A stretch of 51,519 nucleotides of DNA, taken from the IMG/VR virus record IMGVR_UViG_3300030085_002014, positions 1 through 51,519 of that record. One strand, written 5' to 3'. Both the position numbers and the translations under genes were made by a program. Positions within the stretch are counted from its first letter, which is position 1. Every line of letters starts with the position of its first letter. This document shows positions 1 to 9,426 of the stretch, piece after piece. A model generated the notes under the pieces. It was not told the DNA's origin and did not search any database. It saw only the letters and a program-made list of their open reading frames with translations. The DNA is from a virus (taxonomy: Duplodnaviria; Caudoviricetes).

Positions 1-1169
1 GTACCACAACAAACAACAATTTTGATATTATAGACAGATTAATAAACGGAGTAGGGTCAATATCCTTGTCCGGCACATCAAGCACCTTAACGACAAGCGA
101 TGGTAGTTTATCCAACGGTATGTTTAAAGTTCTTGTTCTTGAGGGCTCACCCTCTGGAGAGCACACTATAACTATAAGTCCAAATAACGCAGACAAGCTT
201 TATTTTGTCAAAAATGGTTCAGGGCAATCTGTTGTATTTTCACAAGGCTCCGGTGCAAATGTTACTATAGCTAATGGTAAAGGCGCGATAATATTTGCTG
301 ACGGCGCGGGTTCTGGAGCTGCCGTGACAGATCTGACCGCTTTGTTTGTTAACAGTCAGGCCATAGACAATGCAGTGATTGGTGGCACAACACCGGCCGC
401 TATTACTGGAACAACAATAACCGCGACAACGTCTATACTACCCGATACCTCTGGTGGGGCAGACATTGGCTCAACATCGGCAGAGTTTGGCGATATTTTT
501 ATCGCAGACAATAAAAAAATACATTTCGGCACCGACCAAGATGCGAATATAGAGTTCGATGAGGACGGCACGGGTAAATTGCTTGTAACAGGTAACGTTA
601 CGTTTGCCGACGGGGCAACCGATGTAGACATTGCATCACATGATACCTCAAATGGTTTGAAGCTTGGAGGCACGTTGGTTACCGCTACAGCGGCTGAACT
701 TAATATTATGGACGGTGTTACGGCTACAAAAGATGAATTAAATATTATGGATGGTGTTACGGCTACAACTGCGGAGCTAAATCACACTGATGGTGTAACT
801 AGTAATATACAGACACAGTTGAATGCACGTGTAACCTCTGTATCGGGCACTGATCCTATAGAATCTTCAGGAGGCACAACTCCTGCAATATCTATAAAAA
901 ATGACTTTCTACAAAATACTTCAGGAGCGATCTCCTCTGGAACCACAACTAGTTTTACAGCAAGCACTTATCCTACTTTTATTTCTGGTCAATCGGTATC
1001 GGCAGGAGATCATCCATTTACGATAACGGTAGGGGGTTCTTCAGAAACGCTACGTATGACAGATGGAGATAGTGGAACAAGAGATGTTTTTGCTATTTTA
1101 TTACCTGCGGGAGCTACAATATCAGGAAGTAGTTTTCAATATGTAGCCGTTCAACTAAGGCCCGGCTGA
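1..1169 (+). CDS. Tail fibre / virion structural protein, 5'-truncated
   Basis: The frame is open from base 3 (TTTNNNFDIIDRLINGVG...), upstream of the TTG at 66. Gly/Thr/Ser-rich, with AELNIMDGV repeats typical of marine phage tail fibres. Confidence 0.75.
   Translation, partial: TTTNNNFDIIDRLINGVGSISLSGTSSTLTTSDGSLSNGMFKVLVLEGSPSGEHTITISPNNADKLYFVKNGSGQSVVFSQGSGANVTIANGKGAIIFADGAGSGAAVTDLTALFVNSQAIDNAVIGGTTPAAITGTTITATTSILPDTSGGADIGSTSAEFGDIFIADNKKIHFGTDQDANIEFDEDGTGKLLVTGNVTFADGATDVDIASHDTSNGLKLGGTLVTATAAELNIMDGVTATKDELNIMDGVTATTAELNHTDGVTSNIQTQLNARVTSVSGTDPIESSGGTTPAISIKNDFLQNTSGAISSGTTTSFTASTYPTFISGQSVSAGDHPFTITVGGSSETLRMTDGDSGTRDVFAILLPAGATISGSSFQYVAVQLRPG
681..797 (+). repeat. Three 39-nt (13-aa) tandem coding repeats TATxxELNxxDGV
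   Basis: TATAAELNIMDGV / TATKDELNIMDGV / TATTAELNHTDGV. Confidence 0.85.
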
Positions 1170-3517
1170 TGCCTTTAACTGCTCTTAAATTTAAACCCGG
1201 CATCAACAGAGAATCAACGTCCTATTCTAATGAGGGCGGTTGGTTCAATGGTGACAAGATACGCTTTCGGTTTGGAAATGTAGAAAAGATAGGCGGGTGG
1301 TCGACCTACAGTGACAACACGTTCTTGGGCACCTGTCGTGCATTGTTTAGTTGGGTAGCATTGGATGCTACAAAATATTTAGGTATAGGCACTAATCTTA
1401 AATACTACATTGCCGATGGTGGTCAATATAACGATATAACACCTATACGCAGGACCTCTGGGACTTTAAGTAATATTTTTGGTGTCACAAATGGCAGTAA
1501 AGTAGTGACAGTAACAGACGCCGGCCATGGTGCTGTCTTAAATGATTTTGTAACTTTTTCTGGGGCAACGGGTTTGGGTGGTGAAGTTACCGCAGCTATT
1601 TTAAATGCTGAACACCAAATTACAAGAATTGTTAACAATGATGTTTATGAGATAACGCTATCGGGAAATGCTGCAAACAGCACAGATGCTGCGGACAGCA
1701 CTCCGGGTGGCAGCTCTATTGTAGCTTCCTATCAAGTAAACACGGGCCTCGATACAAACTTCTTTGGCACAGGTTGGGGTGCCGGTGTATGGAATGGTGT
1801 AGATACGGACGAATTGACTACAACAATAGCAGAAGACCTAACTAATTCTGAAACAGATGTAACAGTGGCTAGTGCCACGGGTATCTCCACATCTGATGTG
1901 ATAGATGTGGCAGGAGAACTTATGTTGGTAAGCGGCATATCCAGTAATGATTTAACTGTTACACGAGGACATGGCGGCACAACAGCGGTAGCGCATTCTA
2001 GTGGCGAGCTTGTACGATTGGTCTTGGGCAACGCAACAGCAGCAGACGACACGGTGACTTTAATAAATGATGGTAGTGGCTTATCGGCAACAGCTACCAC
2101 TGTGACAGTAGACTCAGCGGCAAACTTTGCCTCTTCAGGATATATTAAGATAAATGACGAGATTATTGAGTACACGGGCACAACATCGACCACATTTACA
2201 GGCTTGATCCGTGGCTCACTAAGCACGACAGCCGCAGCGCATAGTGACAACGATGCTGTAATAGAAGCCGCTTTTGGTTGGGGTATGCCGGCAGAGGGTA
2301 TAGTGTCCGGTGCGGTGTTAACTAACTGGACACACGATAACTTTGGCGAGGACCTGCTGTTAAATATTAAGAACGGTGGTATATTTTATTGGGATCGAAC
2401 CTCGGGCACCTCATCACGGGCCGTGGCCCTTTCATCGCTATCAGGGTCTAATCTAGCCCCAACGGTTGCTAAACAGATTATGGTATCGGATCAAGACCGT
2501 CATGTTATAGCGTTTGGCTGTGACGGTGAGACATCGATTGGGACACAAGATCCACTGCTTATACGCTTTGGATCACAGGAAAGTTTACTTGATTTTCAGA
2601 CATCCCCCACAAACACAGCGGGAGAGCTTCGAATATCTACGGGTTCGGAGATTGTGGTGGCCATACAAACCAAGCAACAAATACTGGTATTTACAGATGT
2701 CTCCCTTCACGGTATGCAGTTCTTGGGGCCACCCTTTACTTTTGGTCTAACTGAGATATCACGAAATATTACGATAGCAAGTCCAAACGCAGCGGTTGCT
2801 GTGAACGACTTTGTATTTTGGATGGGCTCTAAAGAGTTCTATGTATACGGCGGTACGGTGCAACGATTACCCTGCACTGTGTTGGATTACGTCTTTAGTG
2901 ATTTTAACCGGGACCAGATAGGTAAGGTATATTCGGGTCATAACAGCTCTTATGGTGAGGTATGGTGGTTTTATCCATCAAAGAACAGCACAACTAATGA
3001 TCGCTATGTTATATACAACTATCAGGAAAAAATCTGGTACTTCGGCACATTAGAGCGTACAGCGTGGGTAGACAGGGGTATTAACCAGTATCCGATAGCC
3101 GCAAGTACAGACAATAAATTATATTACCACGAGTTCGGGCAGGACGATGGTAGCACAAACCCTCCTTCTGCTATCTCTGCCAACGTTGAGTCAAGCCAAA
3201 TGGACATAGGCGATGGCGACAAATTCACTCTAGTACGGCGTGTTCTGCCCGACATCACATTTAGAGACAGTACAAATGAGACACCACGGGTCAATATGGT
3301 AGTAAAGACACGTAATTTTCCGGGAGTCACGTTTAACGAAACATCTAGTAATCAGGTAGCGCAGTCTGTATCAACACCAGTAGAGTTGTTTACAGAGCAG
3401 CTTCACGTGCGTCTACGCGGTCGATCTTTTGCTTTTCGGGTTGAAAGTGACGTCACTGGCGTTATGTGGAGACTAGGCACACCGAGACTTGATGTAAGAC
3501 CAGATGGACGAAGATAA
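1169..3517 (+). CDS. Tail tube/nozzle (packaged-DNA stabilisation)-like protein with inserted beta-rich repeat domains
   Basis: 782 aa. N-terminus KFKPGINRESTSYSNEGGW and C-terminus WRLGTPRLDVRPDGRR resemble marine podovirus tail proteins. Lies just before the ejection genes. Confidence 0.7.
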   Translation: MPLTALKFKPGINRESTSYSNEGGWFNGDKIRFRFGNVEKIGGWSTYSDNTFLGTCRALFSWVALDATKYLGIGTNLKYYIADGGQYNDITPIRRTSGTLSNIFGVTNGSKVVTVTDAGHGAVLNDFVTFSGATGLGGEVTAAILNAEHQITRIVNNDVYEITLSGNAANSTDAADSTPGGSSIVASYQVNTGLDTNFFGTGWGAGVWNGVDTDELTTTIAEDLTNSETDVTVASATGISTSDVIDVAGELMLVSGISSNDLTVTRGHGGTTAVAHSSGELVRLVLGNATAADDTVTLINDGSGLSATATTVTVDSAANFASSGYIKINDEIIEYTGTTSTTFTGLIRGSLSTTAAAHSDNDAVIEAAFGWGMPAEGIVSGAVLTNWTHDNFGEDLLLNIKNGGIFYWDRTSGTSSRAVALSSLSGSNLAPTVAKQIMVSDQDRHVIAFGCDGETSIGTQDPLLIRFGSQESLLDFQTSPTNTAGELRISTGSEIVVAIQTKQQILVFTDVSLHGMQFLGPPFTFGLTEISRNITIASPNAAVAVNDFVFWMGSKEFYVYGGTVQRLPCTVLDYVFSDFNRDQIGKVYSGHNSSYGEVWWFYPSKNSTTNDRYVIYNYQEKIWYFGTLERTAWVDRGINQYPIAASTDNKLYYHEFGQDDGSTNPPSAISANVESSQMDIGDGDKFTLVRRVLPDITFRDSTNETPRVNMVVKTRNFPGVTFNETSSNQVAQSVSTPVELFTEQLHVRLRGRSFAFRVESDVTGVMWRLGTPRLDVRPDGRR

Positions 3518-3819
3518 TGAGCACACGTAATATACCGGCCCCGTTTTTTCCTTATCCGCCACAGCAATACGACCCTAATTACTTTTCTGACATAGTAAGA
3601 TCCTTTGCTTTGTTTGTAGAACAACAGCGCAATCCGGGCGAATCGCGGGCCACGAAACTTACTTTTACAAACTTACCATCGGGTAATGACAAAGATTTAG
3701 AGAACGGCGCCTTGTTTGAAGTTGACGGATTTGTTAAGATAAGTAAGGTGGACCGACCACATTGCGCTAGTAATTCTGCCACAAGTGGGTTAGGATCAGT
3801 AACAGTAACAATAGGATAG
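3517..3819 (+). CDS. Conserved phage hypothetical (tail module)
   Basis: 100 aa, translationally coupled (TAATG) to the upstream gene. Confidence 0.7.
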   Translation: MSTRNIPAPFFPYPPQQYDPNYFSDIVRSFALFVEQQRNPGESRATKLTFTNLPSGNDKDLENGALFEVDGFVKISKVDRPHCASNSATSGLGSVTVTIG

Positions 3820-3821
3820 TT

Positions 3822-5183
3822 ATGGGCGAAGCACTTAAAACCTTTTCATTTCCAGTCGGTGGCATAGCCGACTTCTATCTGGAAGACCACGAAAAAGAAG
3901 CTTTATACAAAGAAAAGGCGCAAGAAAACTTCGGCTCTGATGGCTTAGGCGCTATCCAAGATGTTGCAGTGCGCATGGCCTCCTACGGCCGTTATGGTGA
4001 CGACAAGCTCGTTCATGCTGAAACAGGCGAGCTTGTTGTGCCGAAAGCACTAATAGATAAAAACCCAAAATTAAAAGAGTCTATCTTTGGTCATCTTAAA
4101 GATATGGGCATTGAGGACCCAGAAAGATATGTGGTAGGCACAGAAGCAAACTCTATAAACCCTGACACAGGTCTGCCTGAGTTTTTTCTTAAAGATATAT
4201 TTGACAGAGTTGGCGATGTTATACGTAAAGTAGCCAAGCCTGTGTTGACTGTGGCCGGCGCTGTTGTTTTAGCGCCTTTTGTTGGTCCAACAGCCGGTGC
4301 GTCTATAGGTGCCGGTATTGGTGGCTTAATACAAGGGGAGAGTTTTGAAGAGGCTGTAGGCAGCGCATTGACCGCAGGAGTAACTTCTACCATAGGTGCA
4401 GGTATATCTGGAATGTTTGGTGGGGCAGGTTTTACAGAAGGGGTTAAAGCCGGCTTTAGACCTGTTGGAGAATTTGGAAAGATAAGTGAAACATTAGGCG
4501 CTATGAAACAATCATTTACGCCTGAGGGTGTTCCAGAGGTTCAAACTGTGGCAAAATCCTTTCCGGGGCTAGATCAAACAGTAAATGTACCACAACAAGG
4601 AACAAGTGTTATAGACAAACTTATGCCCAAAACGTTTACTGGATCAGATTTAGCAACTTTGAACCCAGAGCTCGGTAGTAAATTAACCCCCGAGTTAAGC
4701 TCTCAAATATTAAAAGACGTCAATCCCGGCTTTTTAGCCAAGTATGCCGCTCCAACAGCAGCGGCCACCACACTAGCCGCAGCAGGTGGTTTCTTTGATG
4801 CTCCAGAAATGGAAGAGCTCGAGGACTTCAAAACAGGTCAAGACCTCATAGATGAAAACAGAGGTAAGTATATTGTGCAAGGTACAGATGTCATACCCTC
4901 ACAACCCCCGTTTATGGTGCCAACACGGTTTCCGTTTACCCCAAGTCCACCCGTGCAGTATGCCGCCGCAGGCGGTGAAGCAAAAGAGTTTCCACGACGT
5001 AATGGTGGTATAGGCATGGACGAGGGTACACCCGGTAAAGACAGTGTACGCGCTATGCTGATGCCCGGCGAGTTTGTAATGACAACAGACGCTGTAAATG
5101 GTGCCGGTGGTGGTGACAATGAAAAAGGTATACAAAATATGTACGCAATGATGCGTAACTTTGAAGCAAAGGCGAGGGCATAA
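3822..5183 (+). CDS. Putative internal virion / ejection protein
   Basis: 453 aa. Motifs GRYGDDKLVH...INPDTGLPEFF, a glycine-zipper hydrophobic stretch and C-terminal DSVRAMLMPGEFVMT. Confidence 0.65.
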   Translation: MGEALKTFSFPVGGIADFYLEDHEKEALYKEKAQENFGSDGLGAIQDVAVRMASYGRYGDDKLVHAETGELVVPKALIDKNPKLKESIFGHLKDMGIEDPERYVVGTEANSINPDTGLPEFFLKDIFDRVGDVIRKVAKPVLTVAGAVVLAPFVGPTAGASIGAGIGGLIQGESFEEAVGSALTAGVTSTIGAGISGMFGGAGFTEGVKAGFRPVGEFGKISETLGAMKQSFTPEGVPEVQTVAKSFPGLDQTVNVPQQGTSVIDKLMPKTFTGSDLATLNPELGSKLTPELSSQILKDVNPGFLAKYAAPTAAATTLAAAGGFFDAPEMEELEDFKTGQDLIDENRGKYIVQGTDVIPSQPPFMVPTRFPFTPSPPVQYAAAGGEAKEFPRRNGGIGMDEGTPGKDSVRAMLMPGEFVMTTDAVNGAGGGDNEKGIQNMYAMMRNFEAKARA

Positions 5184-6121
5184 TGGCAGTTGAAACCACT
5201 CAAATGATCCAACGTGAGGCCCCGGAGGTAGAGGCCTATAAACTTGGTTTACTTGAAAGCGCTAAAAAACTAGCAGATCAGAGAATTACCGTACCAAAAC
5301 AGATGGTTGCGGGTATGTCTGGTCTACAGGATGCAGCGATAGCAGCCGCCTCCCCCGCAAGCGGTGGTATTGGTGGATATCAACAGTTTTTACAGGATGC
5401 AAAAACAACCATGGACGCTGCTCCGGGTATGGTGACAGGTGCTGTAGGTGACGCCGGCACTATGTTTAGAACGGGCGCTAGTGGTGTAACGGGCGAGCAG
5501 ATGGCTCAGTATATGAACCCTTACCAACAGGCTGTTTTTGACGAAATAAACCGATCTTTTGATACACAATCGGCGCAAGCCGGACTACGAGCTGCGCAAG
5601 CAGGTGCGTTTGGTGGTAGTCGAGCAGGCATACAGCAGACAGAGATAGGTAGAAACCGAGCTCAGGCTCTTGCACAAGCGCAAGCACAAAACTTTTTGCA
5701 AGCACAGCAGGCCGCAGAGCGCGAGAGAGCAAGGCAATTACAAGCGGCACAGGGCATTGGTACTTTAGGTTTGCAGGGCGCAAGCACACTTGGACAGCTC
5801 GGGGTACAAAGAGCCGGGATTGGTGAGTTAGCACAGCAAAGTGCGTTAAGAGACATACAAACACAGTTTCAGCTTGGTAAACAGCAACAACTACAACAGC
5901 AAGCTGAGTTGGAGGCCAAACGTAAGAGCGACATGGCACAGCTTTATGAGCCTTATCAACGTCTTGGTTTCTTGTCTGATATATACAGAGGAGCGCCAAC
6001 ATCACAAATGACACTATCACAGGTACAAAGACCCGATGTGTCTCCGGCGCAACAGTTATTTGGTTTAGGTATAGCCGGGTTATCCGCTTATGGCGGTGCT
6101 AAACAAGCGGGGTTATTCTAA
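5183..6121 (+). CDS. Putative DNA injection / pilot (ejection) protein
   Basis: Gln/Ala-rich. Motifs YMNPYQQAV and AGAFGGSR, with a hydrophobic Gly-rich C-terminus. Confidence 0.7.
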   Translation: MAVETTQMIQREAPEVEAYKLGLLESAKKLADQRITVPKQMVAGMSGLQDAAIAAASPASGGIGGYQQFLQDAKTTMDAAPGMVTGAVGDAGTMFRTGASGVTGEQMAQYMNPYQQAVFDEINRSFDTQSAQAGLRAAQAGAFGGSRAGIQQTEIGRNRAQALAQAQAQNFLQAQQAAERERARQLQAAQGIGTLGLQGASTLGQLGVQRAGIGELAQQSALRDIQTQFQLGKQQQLQQQAELEAKRKSDMAQLYEPYQRLGFLSDIYRGAPTSQMTLSQVQRPDVSPAQQLFGLGIAGLSAYGGAKQAGLF

Positions 6122-9100
6122 TGAGTCCTTCATTTCCGTTTTTAACAGGCATGGTGCCTCCTTTAATCAAAGAAAAATTGATGGAGAGAGCAGAGCCTCT
6201 ACCTGTTATAGAAGAAGAAAGAAGACCTATGGTAGAAGAAGCGACTAGATTTCCGCCATCTGTTGGGATTGGTAATCTTCAACAGGCGTTTATGCAACGC
6301 GGTCCGTTGTCCGGGCTAAGTCAGTTTATAAATCAAGAGTTAGCACAAGAAAACCGAGGCGAGGTAGATGAATTTATAGGAGAGGTAGGCGATATGGCAA
6401 ATCAACGATTTGGAGTGGATCTTGGCTCTGTGGGCCAACGTCCTATGTTTAGACCTGAACTAATAAGAGCGGTTGGCACCCCAATACAAGGGTATAAAGA
6501 CGGGGGCGCAGCGTTTCCTGATGTAACCGGGCCCGGTGGTGGCCCACCAGATGGTAAAGTTACACAAGCCGATGTCTTGAAGTTACGTGGTGTTGAGCTG
6601 AAAGAATACGGGGGTCCAATAGGTATGCAGATGGGCGGTGATCCGATGATGGCGGCAGGTATGCCAATGCCACCTCAACCCGCTCCACCCATGCCTGCAC
6701 CAGAACAACCTCCCATGCCCATGGAAGATCAACTCGATCCAAACGTCGTGCAAAGCGCTCTAGCGCAGGCGGCCGGTGGTATAGGTGACTTAGATCAGGC
6801 ACAAAACTACGAACAGGTAATGAACACCATGCGTGGCGATCAGGCAACAGTAGAAGAAAGACGCGAAGAGTTAGCAGGAGTTGTCGGACCCGGTGACGCG
6901 AACCAGACACCAGAGTCCGTGTTGACCTTAGTGCAGCCTGTAATGATGTTGGCTAATGTCGATCAGGGTATTGGTCAGCTTGCACAGCAAGAGATGACGC
7001 AACCCATGGAGGGGCCGATGGCCGGGGGCATAATGTCCACGGTTCCCGAACCACCAATGATGGAGGCCGGCGGGACCGCTCCTGTAAATTTTAACAAAGG
7101 CGGTGAAGTCCGCCCGATACAAAACTTCGAACCCGGTGGTTTTGTTGGTTTTGGGGATATGCGGTTGAGTCAGTTAGGTGTCAATCTTGCAGATCCTAGC
7201 CAAACCGAACCTTTGATACTTAATATTGTTAATCAAGCTAAAAACCAAGAACAGGCGCAACCCGGCACTGGTAAAAACTTAATTAATAATTTTTTTGAAA
7301 AGCGTCGTGACTTATACAGACAAATAGGTTTAGGAGATCCAAAAGCCAGAGCAGCTATGGCGGAGGATCAAAAACGTATGACAAGAGCACAAATCTTGTT
7401 TGATATCGCGACGACCGCATTGGCGTTTGCTGCTCCGATGGAAGGTGAGCGACCCGGATTAAGTCCTGCGGAGAGATTGGCTATGGCAGCACGGTCCACG
7501 CAACTACCTGAAAAGATAGGTGCAAGAGCACAGGCCCAGTTACAGTCTGAAAAAGAAGCGGCGAAAGAAGAAAGAGCTATTGATCTAGCTGCGTTGCAAG
7601 CGGCTGAGGCTGAAGCAACAGCGGCTAGAGCAGCGTCTGAGGCACGTGCCTTAGCAGAACTAAAAAATAAAACAAAAACAACTAAACCAATGTATTACGA
7701 AGATAAAACGGGCAAGAAAACGTTTTTTGATGGTAATACGCAGTACGGAACTTTTTCTAAACTTCAAATTGAGCAGGGAGGAGCCATTTTTGATGTTGGC
7801 ACAAAACCAACCACCAAATCAACTAAAGATTTTGTTACGCTACAAACCCCTACAGGTGAGAGATCGCGTCTTTTTGATTTAAACAAAGAAACCGATTTAT
7901 TAGAATTTAGGGAGTTTGAGAAAAACAATCCCGGATCTAAACCATTGAAGATCGCAACAGATACGGCTCCCGTGGACTTGGAAGTAAAAGCCGCGCAAAA
8001 GTTTGGGTTTACTTCAGTAAAAGAGTTACAGGAATATAAACAACAAAACCCTGATGGTTATCAAGCTCTTATGGGAGATCCAAACGTCATTACAAATAAA
8101 GATTACTTTACTAAATTTGGACTTACTATTGAGCAATTTAAGCTTCTTGATGACAAAGTTAAAAGAAGACTTACAGAAGTTGACCCAGAAACAGAGGTTC
8201 GTGTCGTGGATAATCAGATTATTGATATTACCGATATTAAAAATCCAAAAGTAGTTTTTGGAACGAAATCTCTTAAAACCACGACAATCAAAGGACAACT
8301 GATTGACTTTACAGATCCCGATAATGTTAGAGTTCTCTTTAGTGATCCAGATGTTAAGACCACGACTGTCAATGGTGAGGTGGTAGATATAACAGATCCT
8401 GCTAATCCAAAAGTTATCTTTGGGGAAAAAGATCGAAAGACCTTAACGCTAAAAGGAGAGGTCATAGACATAACGAATCCTGACGATGTAAAAGTAATCT
8501 ACGGAAACAAAGATAAAGTTCTTAAAATTGTTAAAGGTCAACTAGTTGAAGTCCCAGAAGAGGGTGACCCAATTCCAATATTTGGTGAAAGAACGCCAGA
8601 CACGGGAACTTTTGAAAATATGTTGTTAAATACTGGTGAGATGATACTTGTCAAGAAGGTTGGGGAAGATCTTTATGACACAGACGGCACTAAAATTGAT
8701 AGAGCCGCAGAGAGATACAAGGATGCATTGTTGATAAGCAAAGACACCGCGTTTGATGTGTCTACCACGGCAAAAAGTCAAGCTCAATTTAAGGAACAGT
8801 TGCTTGAAGCAAAAGGTCTTCAAAGTGATAATGAACTTCGCAATCAAATATTAAACCCAGTAGGCAGATTAGCCGGTGTGCTACCAACAAATCAACAAGA
8901 ACGATCTCAAGTTATGAAGATAACCTTTGATGCTCTTAGAGATGCTAGAAAAGGGGTTGGTTTTTACAATAAACTCAAACAAACTTTTAGTGAATACGTA
9001 GGTGGTGTGTTTCCGCCTTTACAAGATGTATTTGCAGACGAGGTTCAAGCAGGTAATTTTGTAACAGCCGCAAACGTTTTAATTAGGGTGGCACTCGCAA

Positions 9101-9426
9101 ATAGCCCACGATTTGCAGAGGGTGAACAAGAACGACTTGGGGCTATTTTACCAAATGCGGAAAGGCTATTTGCCAACCCTGAAAATGCAGTGCGTAAATT
9201 TATCGGGGTGAAAAAATTACTTAGACAAGAAAAAATAAATGTTTTAGAGATTTTAGCACAAGAAACTGACACAAATATTAAAAGAGAAAATAAAAGACAG
9301 TTGTATGCAATAAATTCCGCTTTAAAAATGCTTGAAACTATACCTGATGTAGGGTTTGTTAATACTGAAGAATTTGAAAACACTATGGAAATTCTTCAAC
9401 AAAGAAGACAGGAGCGTGGTGGATGA
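6121..9426 (+). CDS. Large putative internal virion protein
   Basis: 1101 aa. Pro/Met-rich N-terminus with several xxGG motifs, a coiled-coil segment and internal 27-aa repeats. Confidence 0.65.
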   Translation: MSPSFPFLTGMVPPLIKEKLMERAEPLPVIEEERRPMVEEATRFPPSVGIGNLQQAFMQRGPLSGLSQFINQELAQENRGEVDEFIGEVGDMANQRFGVDLGSVGQRPMFRPELIRAVGTPIQGYKDGGAAFPDVTGPGGGPPDGKVTQADVLKLRGVELKEYGGPIGMQMGGDPMMAAGMPMPPQPAPPMPAPEQPPMPMEDQLDPNVVQSALAQAAGGIGDLDQAQNYEQVMNTMRGDQATVEERREELAGVVGPGDANQTPESVLTLVQPVMMLANVDQGIGQLAQQEMTQPMEGPMAGGIMSTVPEPPMMEAGGTAPVNFNKGGEVRPIQNFEPGGFVGFGDMRLSQLGVNLADPSQTEPLILNIVNQAKNQEQAQPGTGKNLINNFFEKRRDLYRQIGLGDPKARAAMAEDQKRMTRAQILFDIATTALAFAAPMEGERPGLSPAERLAMAARSTQLPEKIGARAQAQLQSEKEAAKEERAIDLAALQAAEAEATAARAASEARALAELKNKTKTTKPMYYEDKTGKKTFFDGNTQYGTFSKLQIEQGGAIFDVGTKPTTKSTKDFVTLQTPTGERSRLFDLNKETDLLEFREFEKNNPGSKPLKIATDTAPVDLEVKAAQKFGFTSVKELQEYKQQNPDGYQALMGDPNVITNKDYFTKFGLTIEQFKLLDDKVKRRLTEVDPETEVRVVDNQIIDITDIKNPKVVFGTKSLKTTTIKGQLIDFTDPDNVRVLFSDPDVKTTTVNGEVVDITDPANPKVIFGEKDRKTLTLKGEVIDITNPDDVKVIYGNKDKVLKIVKGQLVEVPEEGDPIPIFGERTPDTGTFENMLLNTGEMILVKKVGEDLYDTDGTKIDRAAERYKDALLISKDTAFDVSTTAKSQAQFKEQLLEAKGLQSDNELRNQILNPVGRLAGVLPTNQQERSQVMKITFDALRDARKGVGFYNKLKQTFSEYVGGVFPPLQDVFADEVQAGNFVTAANVLIRVALANSPRFAEGEQERLGAILPNAERLFANPENAVRKFIGVKKLLRQEKINVLEILAQETDTNIKRENKRQLYAINSALKMLETIPDVGFVNTEEFENTMEILQQRRQERGG
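8194..8590 (+). repeat. About five imperfect 27-aa tandem repeats (xxxGxxIDITDPxNPKVIFG)
   Basis: VVDNQIIDITDIKNPKVVFG / TIKGQLIDFTDPDNVRVLFS / TVNGEVVDITDPANPKVIFG / TLKGEVIDITNPDDVKVIYG / IVKGQLVEVPEEGDPIPIFG. Confidence 0.85.
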
